A DNA stretch of 64,000 nt from Selaginella moellendorffii (lineage: Eukaryota; Plantae; Lycopodiophyta), in contig NW_003314396.1 in the NCBI RefSeq assembly GCF_000143415.4, positions 250,025 through 314,024 of the forward strand, read 5' to 3'. Below the pieces are notes generated by a model that was not told where the DNA came from, ran no database searches, and worked only from the letters and a program-made list of their open reading frames with translations. Shown piece by piece: positions 23,560 to 36,885 of this stretch. The position numbers and the translations under genes were made by a program. Every line of letters starts with the position of its first letter. The stretch's first letter is position 1.

Positions 23560-24135
23560 TAAAAAATATGGAGTATGAGATATACTAGAGCTAAGGACAA
23601 TGCTAGTGTCCTAACATCCATTTCAGCTAATCTATATAGAGGAGTAATAATAAGTCAAGGAGTTATATGAGTTTGGATTTATTTACCCAAGTAAGTCTCT
23701 ATTTAACACACTAATCTTGCTTGTGAAAAAGAACGACTTAATACAAATGTGTAATGACTATTGTACTTTGAACAACATAAGGGTGAAATGACAATGTTGC
23801 ATGTGGATAATATTTTAGACAATCTTGGTGAAACCTTAGTATTTACCAAGATTAATTTTAGGAGTGGATATTATCATATTGCAATAAATAACACAATTAT
23901 CTCTAAGATGGTATTTAACATGATTTTCAGGCATTTTGAGTTTATAGTTATGCCATTTAGATTTATTAATACATCAATCACATTTACTCAGTCGATAATT
24001 GAAGTGTTTAGGCATTACTTACATGAGTTTGTCAAGATTTTCTTGGGGTAAATTTTTTTTTTAAAAGAATATAGAGGAGTATAAGATGCAATTATGTAAG
24101 GTTCTTTTGTTATTATGTGGCAGCAAACTTTATGT
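23560..24135 (+). pseudogene. Highly decayed gypsy RT fragment
   Basis: VFTKINFRSGYYHI...FEFIVMPF. Confidence 0.8.
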
Positions 24136-26493
24136 GAATAATAACAATAATGACTTGGCCCATGGGCCACCCCTTTTGAAGTTAGCACCTTTAACTAGGG
24201 GATTTGTCCCCCTGACTTGCCAATCTCACTTAGCAAGTCATCTAACCATCGTAACATGGTTCATGCATAAGCGTGAAAGTCCTTAACCATCGACTTTCAT
24301 TCAAAGCCCTCTTTTTGAACACTCGGGAACCACTTCCCCAACCTTGATGGCCTCGCCTCATGCCAGCTTCAAGACCACGCTTCTGCTGCGCCACTCTAAT
24401 TTCACACGCCCTAAGAACCATTTACACTCGGCTTTCTAGGTACTAAGCTACCGGGAACTTTGAAGGAACTCTGTCCCTTAGCTTGCCAAGGCCTCCCTTT
24501 TCACAAGCTTTTTAGTTGCCATATAGTCTAACTTGGACAATTCCATATTTTAGACTCTCCATGACATCACAGTTGCTAGCAACAACACCCTCGAGCCCCC
24601 TCTTGATTCTCCACTCCCAATTGGCATAACCACCCTTGATTCCTATGGTTTGGTTCTATCCCCTTACTACTTGCTTTTGGCTTCACACCTTTCCTTCGGT
24701 CATTCTGCTTCAGACTAGGAGGATAGCTTTGCACTTTCTATCATGCTTTAGCAAGTATTCTTAGGGATGAACCGACCCGATAACTTAGGGAGTGGTTCTT
24801 CAATCCAGGTATGCTCACCTTATAATCCCACACACTGGGATTAATGTTGTTGCTTATGGGCCCTTACATGCTCATCACTAGCCTTGCCAAAATTCCATTT
24901 TTTGCTTTGTCCAATTCAGATAGACAGTATTCTCCCGTCTCCGCAACCTTGGACATTTGGATAGCACCTTCTATCCATCATTCGCTAGGGACTTAGTCCC
25001 TTGGGCCTTATTTATTGCCCTCGCGACATCAAACACCACCTCCTGGTGTTCTATAGTGTTTTGATGTCCTAAAATAATGGCCTCTTTGACAATGAGCATT
25101 CCCTTTTTACAACATTAACTTACTATATCGCAACATAAGCAATTTATCCCCCATAAGTGTATATCTAACTTCCTTATGCCATTAAGAAATCTTGGGTAGC
25201 TACCTTCTACCAGCTTAACCAATTATCTTGCACATTTTACTTAGTTGCCTCATAATTGTCAAGTCCTACAACTCATTGCTGATGTTTCCACACTTCCATC
25301 ATTGTTTTGGTCACCACACTCTACCACATGCCTTCCAGCTCAGGCTATGCCATTCCCATTTCCGTTGGGATTCCCTTGGCAAGGGGTTCTTATGAACCCA
25401 CCAACATAACCTCAAGGTATCACACCTTGGCACATTTGGTGTCTCCACACTATTGGCCCCACGAGCCTATCCTTATGACACTACTTATTAGTGTCTAGGT
25501 CTTTGCCAAGACCAATATGGTTGTTCCTCATGCTAACTATCCGTTAGCACTGCACCATAGTGTATGTACCCAACTCTAGGCCAAAGTTGCTTTCTTCTAG
25601 GAACATCTTTCCCACAACTTTAGTATGGCACATTCTGCCATCAATGAGATACCTACTGTTCTCATACTTGAATTTTATGATCCTCCCCATACCTCATGGG
25701 GCACCATACACCTTAGTCCAAATGCTTCAACCAATCTTTTAGGACCATTCCCTGACTCCACTTGAGTCATCCAGCATTTTGGACTTTGCTAATCCAAAAC
25801 CCTACGAGATTTTAGTCTTCGAGGTGCCAACTTGCTGGAATACAACTTCTTGTATCCCTGCCCTACTCACAAGGACAATCTTTGCAAGTGTTACTCCGAC
25901 AATTGATGATTTTCTTGGGGCTAACCTTTGCCCCTTAGGACTACTTGTCCATGTGATGAGAATAACAACTCATCTTTAAGTACACCCCCAACTCCTTGGG
26001 TTTTTCCAGCATTTATTAGAGGTAGCCCTGGCTACCATTTCAAGGACTGGTGTCCTCTTCTATATTTAACCTCCCATGGTCACAAATTCCGGTCTCAAAT
26101 TTATGAGTACCAGCCTCAACTATATAAGGGTAATCTTGTGACTCCTTTATTGTTTTGGAGTCCACATCTTTCTTGTGATCCCAACTGTAGTTGTTTACCA
26201 GAACCACATCAACTAGTTTGCTAAGTCAAATGCTCATCTGGATCACATCCTCAACTCTCTGAGGAAACCCTTATACTGTTCCCAAGATCCCAAAGTCATT
26301 CCCTTACAGGCCCTTTTCTATCCACCACATCACGCCCAAGTTCACGCATGAACTTGAGTGGAGAGCCATGTCCTCTCGATATGCTACTCTTCAAGGATAG
26401 GCCCACTCCTAGGACCTTTTGATGCCAACATCAATGGTGATATACTTGAGCACCAATAAAAGTCGGACTAAGGAACCGCTCTGAGACCAAGTT

Positions 26494-27108
26494 GTAAACG
26501 ACTAAATTTTCCATTCTACTTTAGTCACTTAACCACACCTCTGACCACTTGGAGGAGTCTCATTCACGACCTCCTTAAGTCCAATTCCGGACTTGGGACT
26601 TGCTAGTCTCGAGAATGGCATCCATGCCACTCATCTCTTGCACTTGGTCTAAGTGCTCCACGTGTCCAGTCCCAAGACCGACACCCAAAGGTACCATTGA
26701 CATATTGGCTCGTTACGCTAAAGCTATGCCCATTCACCTTTGCCGCACTAGTGGTCCAATACCACTTGCATCACAATCCCGTCTCCTAAGACTGGGCCGT
26801 CCGTCCATGAGTGGTCATCCCAGATCCACTCCTTAGCATCCTTAGGATGCCCACAGACATGGGGAATAACCTTCCCCAACATCCCTTTCTTAGTTCCTGC
26901 CAAGTCCCTTTTCCGTCCATGGCCATGTTCACCAATACTACCACTAGATCAAGGCCCGCAGGCCCGGCCACTAAGTCTCATTGTCCTCTGGGACTTCCTC
27001 ACCATGTGATCGTATCTGTAGTCACTACACTAGAGGACTGCTCCTCTTCCTTACACCCATTTGGGACTTCGGGACAACATTTCGGAACACCGTGGCCCTA
27101 CGCGAGCA
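26494..27108 (-). repeat. Partial family A LTR
   Basis: Homologous to 34365-34980. Confidence 0.75.
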
Positions 27109-28694
27109 CCAAAGGAAAAGAGAAGACTAGTCTTTGGCTTTGGGAGCAACTTAGACCCATCATTTTGGATGTTGGTCTTGAAAATGTTGTTCAAGTCATC
27201 ACTGATAATGCTTCGAATTGTGTATCAATGGGGGAACATATGAGAGAAGAATTCCCCTTTATCTTACACAATCGATGCGTGTGCCATGTTTTGGACTTGT
27301 TATTGGAGGATATTGGGAAGTTTGATTGGGTGTCTAAGATCGTAAATGACTGTGAGAAGATCGTGAAGTTCATAATTGAGAAGCCGATGTTACTTGCTTT
27401 ATTTTGAAAGTTCTGCTCTAGAGAACTCATGAAGCCTACAAAGACTCGATTTGCTTACATATTTCTTATGGTCAGCCAGCTCTATCATAAAGATGTTTTC
27501 CCGTGCCTTTGACGATTCATAGTGAGTGCAGAATTTGAATCGTCGAAGTGGTATAACACAAAGGATGCCAAAGATGTTCGTACAACAATTTTCAATGATG
27601 AATTTTGGAAGAACGCTTCTACTTTATTGGTTATGGTAGCTCCTATTTTGAAAGTGTTACGTCTTGCCGATCATGAGGGCGCAACAACAAGATTAATTTA
27701 TGAGGCAATATATCGTATGATTAAAGGATTGGAGCTTGCAGCTCAAGATGGCAAGCTTGATGCGGATAAAATTGATGCAATTAAGTGTGTCTTGGTTGAA
27801 GACCAATATAGACAGAGAGCTCGATGGTTTATGATGCATAGTTCTATACACAGCATTGCACATGCTTTGAATCCTTCATACCTTGAGCAAGACTTGGATG
27901 CTGAGGTAAGAAGTAATTGGATGGATTATTTATCACTCTATTGCTGTGGGGACACTCAGCTGGAAGAGAAGTTGGATGAGCAATTCAATATGTTTTGACA
28001 AGGAATTGGAAGAGCTATCAATTGGGATTTGCAGAAGAGCAAAGCAAAAGGAAATTCCCAGTGTCTTGGTGAGAATCCTATGGATATGAGATGCTTGAGC
28101 TCAGGAAGTTAGCACTTCGTGTGTTGAGACAAGGAGTGTGCTCTTCTCCATGTGAGGGAAATTGGAGTAGTTGGAACTTGATCCAAACCAGACGACGCAA
28201 TCGCTTACTTCTAGAGAACTTGAAGAAGTTGGTTTATGTGCACAGTAACACCAGAGTGGTGGATCGTATTGAAAGTGAAGGAATGAAGTTCAAAAGATCA
28301 ATCTCGACACAATTGCAATCGAACCACAATGGATGAGGATTGTAGAGATGCAAGCTAGGCTTGAATCTCTTGGTATAGAAGATTTAGCCAAAGAAGATCT
28401 TCCAAATGAAGATGTGATTGTTGAGGAAGATGCCGGAGATGTCGAGGAACTTGCCAAAGATGTTAAAGAAGATGAGTAGTAGTTGGTTTGGTTTGGTCTA
28501 ATGCTTTGGTTTGGTTTGGTTTGGTCGGTTTAATGCTTTGGTTTTACTTTTATTAATGTGGTTTTTCTAAAAATTGTTTTTTTTTTCACAAAAATTTTGT
28601 GAACCATTTGGCCATTCGGCATTTTCACAGCTGGTCGATAACCATAGTCGGCCGATCAGCCGGTCAGTGTTCAGAATAGTCGGGACCAACCATG
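27109..28694 (+). mobile_element. hAT-superfamily (DUF659 + hATC dimerisation) transposase remnant with a putative right end
   Basis: NVVQVITDNASNC...CVCHVLDLLLEDIGK; LRKLALRVL...CSSPCEGNWSSW...RRRNRL; acidic tail; ends ...CCAACCATG at 28694. Confidence 0.85.
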
Positions 28695-29749
28695 CTCTTC
28701 ACCAAGAGTAAGCACAAAATTGTTGCTTTGGTCCCTTTAGTGAGTTGTTCTCTTGTGGACACTAGGTTTAGGTAGGAGTCTTTGGCCTTACATTGCCCTA
28801 CCTTTAGATCTTGGGCCTCCACCTTGGATCGTTCTCCTCGGGCATTCGCCAGTACCACAAGGTTCTTACCTTGTCCATATAGGGTTATCACAAACCGATT
28901 GAACCAATCCATCCCGAAGATTACGTCAAATCCCACCATGTCTAACACGATGAAATCCATGTCTACTTTCCATGTCCCTACTCGACTCTCGCTTGTCAAA
29001 GTACCTCATCGGTGCTTAGCTACCTTGAACAAACTCTATAGTCCTTGGTTCACCCAGCTGTTGCACCGTTAGTCTGGCTTGCCAGACTATGTTTGCAGCC
29101 ACATAATTATCCAAAGCACCCATGTCAATAAGGATCTTAACAAAGCTACCTCCGAGCTTCCCTCGGAGGGTTAGTAGATGTTGCGAATGATTTTTTACCA
29201 AAGTTGCTCGTGTAATGCGTAACTTTGAGTTAGGGACTAGATCACGTACGTCAATTTGAATTTCATCTGACTTAATGGCCATATTAGCTCTGGCCTTCTT
29301 CGGGTAGGGACATTCCCTTGAGAAGTGTCCTGCTTCACCGCAGTTGTAGCATACGTTGTTTCCCACGTTGCTAGCTGACTTGCCCTTTTTATCTATGGGT
29401 TTGTCTCTTTTTGCTTGACTCCCCCACATACTCGCTCCTTGGCTACAGGATCTGCCTTTCCGGAACCCCAAGGACTCATTCTTAGAGAAACTCTTCTTGA
29501 ATTTCCCTTTGCTATATGTTCCCCTTGGTTTGGCCCCTTTGCTAAATGTGGACTCCAACCCCGTCATGTTCCCCTTTCATAGGTGATCATTGAAATGCAC
29601 CTTGATAGCCGCATCCAATGCTTCCTTGTAGTTGGTCAGGTTCCAACACATCACCTCACCGCGAGCCCAGGTTTGCAAGCCTGATATGAAGGCATGGAAT
29701 GCGTCTATATCACCCATATCCGTGACAAGTATCCTCTTTGCTATAAACC

Positions 29750-32342
29750 TGTGAAACACAAAATCCCTAGGCCCCAAAGTGGAGCCGGAAGGGTGCCACG
29801 TGGTAGTGGCCGAAGCGAAAGCCAAACGAGCGTAACACGTTTGGACTAAAAGCTCTGCCTTGAAAGGTCAAAAGCAGGAGTGGAACTCCCAACAAAGTGC
29901 TCGAGGAATGAGCATGAAACGAGCAATAAGCGAGGCTCTAAAAAAGGACCCAAAAGGACCAAAACATGACACATGGAAGTGTCCGAGATGGAGTCCGAGA
30001 TGGACTAAGATGGAGTCCGAGATGGACCGAGACAGAGTCCGAGATGGAGTCCGAGATGGACCGAGACGGAGTCTAAAATGGAGTCTGAGGTCAAGACCGA
30101 GACCGGGACCAAGACCAAGACCGAGACTGAGACCGAGACCGAGATTAAGACCGAGACCGAGACCGAGATCGCGACCAAGACCGAGACCGAGGCCGAGGCC
30201 AAGGTCGAAAGGCAATGTTTCCCCAAGGATGGATTCCCAACCGCTCCGATTTGGCAAAAGTGGATGCTCTAAAGGGGGCAGTGGTAAGCTAGCCAACTAA
30301 TAGGGCCGTAAGCAGCCCTAGCACAAATTATAATAACTAGAACTTAGTGCCAAAGGTGGCATAATATTAAAGAGAGGATGATGGTGCCCTCAAGTAAAGA
30401 ACTTCCTAGGATAGGGGAGTGGAGTTGCACCATGTGCAACGTAGGGTGTCGGAGACACCTAGGAAATTGACTCTGAGAAGTTAAAATTAAAAGTTCCAAA
30501 GTGCAAAGGTTAGGTTGATGGAATCTGAGACAACTCGAGAATGAGAAGTGGAATTGAGTTAGAGAGGGTGTCTCTAACAAGTTTAGCAAAAACTGAACCA
30601 ATAAAAGGGAGCAAACCACCCCAGATGGTCGAGTGAGTCTCTATATTGAAGAAATTATGCTCCTTAGAGGATAAACAAGGCATAGTGAGCCTTCGGTGTC
30701 AAACCATAGACAAATATTAGCTGGGTGCCAAGGATGGAAATGGTAATACATGCGGGTGTTACTTTATAAAAGGGTTTACCGTTCGATGAGGACATCAAAC
30801 TTTGTCTATGGGTGGTGGAGTTATGAGACCCAAAATCCCTAGGCCCCAAAGTGGAGCCGGAAGGGCGCCACGTGGTAGCGGCCGAAGCGAAAGCCAAATG
30901 AGCGTAACACGTTTGGACTAAAAGCTCCACCTTGAAAGGTCGAGAGCGGGAGTGGAACTCCCAACAAAGTGCTCGAGGAATGAGCATGAAACAAGCAATA
31001 AGTGAGGCTCTAAAAAGGGACCTAAAAGGACCAAAACATGACACGTGGAAGTGTCCGAGATGGAGTCTGAGATGGACCAAGACGGAGTCCGAGATGGACC
31101 AAGACGAAGTTCGAGATGGAGTCCGAGATGGACCGAGACGGAGTCTAAGATGGAGTCCGAGGTCAAGACCAAGACCGAGACCAAGACCCAGACCGGGACC
31201 GAGACTGAGACCGAGACCGGGACCGAGACCGAGACCGAGACCGAGATTGAGACCAAGACCAAGACCGAGGCCGAGGCCGAGGTCGAGACCAAGCCCGAGC
31301 CCGAGCCCAAGCCTGAGTCCGAGTCCGAGTCCGAGTCCGAGTCTGAGAGGGTGAAATCCCAAAGCGTTCGTCTCCCAAACCCTAGGGGGTTTGGTGAGCT
31401 CCAAAAGTATAGTAAGAGGGAGGACTATAGTGGAGCCAATTTGGCCAAGAAAGGCTAGTTTGGCCCAGGAAGGCTGTACCCAGTGTTGGGTGATGAGCTG
31501 CCCACTGGGAAGTCCAAGACTAGAGTGAACATAAACTGACAAGCGGGGTAGCTTGGTGAAGTGTTCAAGAGCTGGCTCTAGTTCCCCCGGGAGATCAACT
31601 GGCCAATGCTCCCAGTCCAAGTGTGGGTGGCACTACCTACTTGGATACCAGGCGTCGCTCAACAGAACCTCACTCTAAGCCCATGGCTAGAGCACCCAAA
31701 GGTAGAAGGTGGGGAGAGTACCCACGAGGCTCGCGTAAGGCCACGGTGTTCCGAAACATTGCCCCAAAGTCCCAGACTATGAAAAGGAAGAGGAGCCATC
31801 CTATAGTGTAGAAACCAAGGATACGGTCATGTGAGGAGGAAGTCCCAAAGGACCGTGGGACTTAGTGGTCGGGCCTGTGGGCCTTGATCCAGTGGCAGTG
31901 TTGGCGAACACGGCCATGGGCAAAAAGGGACTTGGTGGTGACCGGAAAGGGGATATTGGGGAAGGCTATTCCCCATGTCCATAGGCATCTTAAAGATGCT
32001 AAGGAGTGGATCTAGGATGATCACTCATGGACGGATGGCCCAGTCTTTGAGAGACGGGACTGTGATGTAGGTGGTGTCAGACCACTAATGTGAGCAAGGT
32101 GAATGGGCATGGCCTTAGCGTAATGGGCTGATGTGTTGGTGGTACCTTGGGGTGTCGGTCATGGGATCGGACACGTGGAGCACTCGGACCAACTGCAAAG
32201 GTTGAGTGGCGGGGATGCCATTCTCGGGGCTAGCAAGCCCAAGTCCAAAATAGGACTTATGGAGGTTGTGAGTGAGACTCCTCCAAGTGGTCGGAGGTGT
32301 GGTTAAGTGACTAAAGTAGATAGGAAAAATTAGTCGCTTACA
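29750..32342 (+). mobile_element. Internally deleted family A LTR element: truncated 5' LTR 29750-30210, PPT, 3' LTR 30822-32342
   Basis: TSD AAACC at 29745-29749 and 32343-32347; PPT atgggtggtggagt before 30822. Confidence 0.85.
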
Positions 32343-32899
32343 AAACCCATTTACATACTCTTGAATGGTTTTTGTTTGCTTCAGCCTACTCTCATCCCTT
32401 AGGTGTAGAGTAGCATTTGGAGGAACATAAGTCACGTGGATCCTCACCTTTATCATTTCCAAAGTGGCCACTGGTCCTTCGTTGGCCTCTGTCGTTCTCC
32501 ACCAAGACTTGGCATTATCTGCCAAGTATGGTTTTGCACATGGGACCTTCTTTGAGCTTGGTAACTGCAACACTTGGAAGTAGTCCTCCATATCGTAAAA
32601 CCAGTCCTCCACCACCTTATAGTCATTCACTCCCTTGAAGACTGGTGGGGGCTTTGGTTTATACTTAGGAACTACTTGAGGGATTAATTCCATTTCAATC
32701 TGTTCGACCTTGTTTGGTTCTGCCTCAATCTCTGCCGAAGGGTCTGCACCTTTTGTGCTACTAGCATCCGCAATCTTTGGCTTTTTCTTCCGCTTCTCGT
32801 TATGCTTTAGCTTGCGTAAAAGAGTCTCCAACAAGGCATTAGTCTGTGCCAATTGTCCTTCTAGAACATTCAATTGAGCCTTGAATGACCGAACCTCAC

Positions 32900-33494
32900 T
32901 ATAAGCAACCAAAGGGAACGACTCGGGAGACAATCCATAGGGGTTCAAATATAGAGGGAAAGGGCCCATGAACAAGAGTGCACCCCCTTTTCCAATCGGT
33001 TAAGGGTCTTGGGATATTTGGGGTTAAGCGTCCTTGGGTTTGAATAGTACTGGGCTGGGTGACCTCTCGGGAAGTCCAAACTCAGGAGCTTACATTTGGT
33101 ATCAGAGCGGTCTCGGGTCCGACTCTGTTGGTTGGCTAGAGGAATCACACCAGATGTTGATTGACATCTGGCTGGTCCAGTTTGCTCCCGCAGGGCTCGA
33201 CCCAAGGGGTAGGGTGTCAAGAGAGCGGGGCTCTCGGGAAAGCTGTGGCTCTCAGCTTTCGTTCACGAGGGCGTGAACTTGCAGGGAAGCGTGGTGGATT
33301 GTTAGTAACTAAAGGGAACGACTCGAGAGACGATCCATAGGGGTTCAAATATAGAGGGAAAGGGCCCATGAACAAGAGTGCACCCCCTTTTCCAATCGGT
33401 TAAAGGTCTTGGGATATTTGGGGTTAAGCATCCTTGGGTTTGAATAGTATTGGGCTGGGTGACCTCTTGGGAAGTCCAAACTCAGGAGCTTACA
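32900..33494 (+). mobile_element. Cassandra-type TRIM with 5S rRNA-derived LTR core
   Basis: 195-bp LTRs at 32900-33094 and 33300-33494; TSD CTCAC; PBS TGGTATCAGAGC at 33097. LTR core GTTAAGCGTCCTTGGG...TAGTACTGGGCTGGGTGACCTCTCGGGAAGTCC resembles the 5S internal control region. Confidence 0.92.
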
Positions 33495-33688
33495 CTCACC
33501 ACCGAACTCCTATTTGGAAGTTTCCTCACTGGAGTCCTCCTTATGCAAGGATTCCTCATCCATAGCCTCTTGTTCGACCAGAGGCTCCAGCTCTGGAGGT
33601 TTCATCTCCGCCTTGGTTTGTTTACGCCCCGCCTTTGCCATATTCTAGCAATCCACCTCTATCCTTGGAAAAGGCTTTGATACTAAAT

Positions 33689-36600
33689 TATAAGCCACAA
33701 ATTTTTTCTTTTCAAATTTGTTAGCTTACTTTGTTCATCCAACCAACACCACCTTGGCCTTTGCTAAGTTCTTTAGCCAAAGTTAACACCTATTGCACCA
33801 GCTCTTACTTGGTCCTACTTGGTTTCAACTACTCACTACACGAGTAATGGAGCATTAGCCATCCATCTATGGATTCCAAAATCTCTCCTAATCCCCCTCC
33901 CCGGGTTAGTCTGGACTTAAGGTTTGGCTACACTCCCCACAGACACAAGCAGCCAAGCACACCAAGCCTTCGGGTTCCTAACATCCCTTGGTATAATAAG
34001 GCTTGATCATGGGACCCTCTAAATCCCAAGCCTTGGGTGCAACACTTGCTTCGGGGAAACCGATTGCGGTGCTCCCGGCTCATGTGGAGTGGTGCCTTAC
34101 TTGAGTACCTTGTGGCTCATTGGTCCTTGCGCTTCCTAGGGGCTTGGGTCTTCCCTTTGGGATGGAAGTGGGGGGGTAGAGGTACCTATATCGGGCCGTT
34201 AGGCCATAGTGTTTCCCCCCGGCGTCCCTTCTAGGAGTGGAAGCTACTCTTAAGCACTTCCTTGAGTGGCCCCTCTGGCACCACCCGAGTCCATGCTCAC
34301 TCCCACGCAAGGCCCCTTGGCCTCAGTCTCAACCTAAAGTTAGTTTGGAAGCACCACTAGAGAGTGTAAGCGACTAATTTTTCCATTCTACTTTAGTCAC
34401 TTAACCACACCTCCGACCACTTGGAGGAGTCTCATTCACAACCTCCATAAGCCCAACTCAGGACTTGGGGCTTGCTAGCCCCGAGAATGGCATCCATGCC
34501 ACTCAACCTTAGCACTTGGTCCAAGTGCTCCACGTGTCCGATCCCATGATCGACACCCCAAGGTACCACCGACATATCGGCCCGTTACGCTAAGGCCATG
34601 CCCATTTACCTCGGTCACACTGGTGGTCCAACACCACCTACATTCCAATCCCGTCTCTCAAAGACTGGGTCATCCATCCATGAGTGATCATCCCAGATCC
34701 ACTCCTTAACATCCTTAGGATGCCTACAGACATGGGGAATAACCTTCCCCAATACCTCTGTTCCGGTCCCCACCAAGTCCCTTTCTGTCCTTGGCTGTGT
34801 TCGCCAACACTGCCACTGGATCGAGGCCCACCGGCCCGACCACTAAGTCCCACTATCCTCTAGGACTTCCTCACTGTGTGACTGTGTCCTTGGTCACTAC
34901 CCCAGAGGACTGCTCCTCTTCCTTTCCACAGTCTGGGCCTTTGGGACAACATTTCGGAACACCGTGGCCTTACGCGAGCCACCTGGGTACTCTCCTCGCT
35001 TTCTGCCCTTGGGTGCTCTAGCCATGGGCTTAGAGCGGGTTCCGTTGAGCCACACCAGGTATCCAAGTAGGTAGTGCCACCCACACTTGGACTGGGAGCA
35101 TTGGCCAGTCGATCTCCCGGGGGAACTAGAGCCGGCTCTTGAACACTTCACCAAGCTACCCCGCTTGTCGGTCCGTGTTCACTCTAGCCTTGGACTTCCC
35201 AGTGGGCAGCTCATCACCCAACACTGGGTCCGGCCTTCCTGGGCCAAACTGGCCTTTCCTGGCCAAACTGGCTCCACTGCAGTCCTCCCCCTACTATACT
35301 TTTGGAGCTCACCAAACCCCCCAGGGTCTGGGAGACGAACGCTTTGGGCTTTCACCCTCTCAGGCTCCGGACTCAGACTCGGACTCGGACTCGGACTCGG
35401 ACTCGGACTCGGACTCGGGCTCGGCCTCGGTCTCGGCCTCGGCCTCGGTCTCGGTCTCGGTCCTGATCTCGGTCTCGGTCTCGGTCTCGGTCCCGGTCTC
35501 GGTCCCGGTCTCGGTCTCGACTTCGGACTCCATCTCGGACATCATCTCGGACTCCATCTCGGACTCCATCTCGGACTCCATCTCGGGTCCATCTCGGGTC
35601 CATCTCGGACTCCATCTCGGACTCCATCTCGGGTCCATCTCGGACTCCATCTCGGACTCCATTTCGGGTCCATCTCGGGTCCACCTCAGACTCCATCTCG
35701 GACTCCATCTCGGACTCCATCTCAGACTCCATCTCGGACTCCATCTCGGGTCCATCTCGGGTCCATCTCGGACTCCATCTCGGACTCCATCTCGGGTCCA
35801 TCTCGAACTCCATCTCGGACTCCATTTCGGGTCCATCTCGGGTCCACCTCGGACTCCATCTCGGACTCCATCTCGGACTCCATCTCAGGTCCATCTCAGA
35901 CTCCACTACGGACTCCAACTCGGGTCCATCTCGGGTCCACCTCGGACTCCACTTCGGACTCCAACTCGGGTCCATCTCGGACACTCCCACGTGTCATGTG
36001 TTAGTCCTTTTGGGTCCCTTTTTGGAGCCTCGCCTTTTGCTCGCTTCGTGCTCGTTCCTCGAGCACTTCGTTGGGAGTTCCACTCCCGCTCTTGACTTTT
36101 CAAGTCGGAGCTTTTGGTCCAAACGTGTTACGCTCGTTTGGCTCTCGCTTCGGCCACTACCATGTGGCGCCCTTCCGGCTCCACTTTGGGGCCTAGGGAT
36201 TTTGTGTCTCACAGAGAGTTCCTTCAAGACTAGTTCATGGACCTCACTATCCCTACTATACTTTTGGAACCCCCTACAGCCCCCCCTTTGGGAGACATAC
36301 GATTTAGGCTTTCACCCCTTGACCTGTATTAGTACTCGGACTTGGTTTCGGACTCGATCTCGGACCGGACCTTGGACTCAATCTCGGACTTGACTTCAGA
36401 CCCAATCTCGGACTCGACCTCGGACCCAATCTCGAACTCGACCTCGGACTCGACCTCGGACTCGGTCTCAGACCCGATCTCGGATCTAGGACTCTGTCTC
36501 GAGCTCGGTTTAGAACTCGGTCTCGAACTCGGTCTGGAAGTCAGCCTCGGACTCGATCCTAGACTCTATCTTGAACACGGTCTTAGAGTCAGTCTTGGAC

Positions 36601-36702
36601 TCGATCTCAAACTCAGTCCCATCCGATGAACTCTTTATCATTTCAGTCGTGCTTTCGGGGATCCTTTTAGCCTACGACACCTCAAGGAGTTGGTTTCTTA
36701 TA
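33689..36702 (-). mobile_element. 5' LTR of family B (minus strand) containing a solo family A LTR
   Basis: Reverse complement of 2324-3490; degenerate PBS at about 33674-33688; GTAAC (reverse complement of the TSD) at 36703-36707. Confidence 0.85.
34365..36213 (-). mobile_element. Solo family A LTR with an expanded GGACTCCATCTC (12-mer) array
   Basis: TG...CA ends; TSD GAGAG at 34360-34364 and 36214-36218; the host LTR is contiguous once it is removed. Confidence 0.9.
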
Positions 36703-36707
36703 GTAAC

Positions 36708-36885
36708 TTTCAAAACCTGAAGTCACATTTGCGACACTCTCCCCCCCTAGGGAAGATCGACGTCCTCATTGATGCATACTCGAGTCTAGACCACCGCCAA
36801 GGAAACAACTCCAGAAAAAAGTTCACAGTGATCACACTATATGAGAAATGCATCAACTTAAATGAGTTAGGAGGCAACCCCTTAA
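36708..36885 (-). repeat. Family C PPT and LTR start, inverted
   Basis: Reverse complement of about 17250-17430. Confidence 0.85.

Larger units (their letters stand above)
28695..33641 (-). pseudogene. gag: Family B gag-protease, interrupted by a Cassandra TRIM and a family A element
   Basis: Gag (PPPVFKG...VEDWFYDMEDYF...AKSWW); zinc knuckle CYNCGEAGHFSRECP; degenerate protease ILIDMGA...DVIFGMDW. The frame rejoins across the 29750-32342 insertion (EYVNGF|IAKRILVTD). Confidence 0.88.

Noticed and set aside
33020-33080. Possible 5S rRNA gene
   Set aside because: Only the internal control region is similar, and it lies inside both LTRs of a TRIM.
35087-36095. Long ORFs of 200-318 aa (also at 29860-31620 and 2375-2850)
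   Set aside because: They arise from stop-free tandem repeats in LTRs and are open in several frames on both strands.
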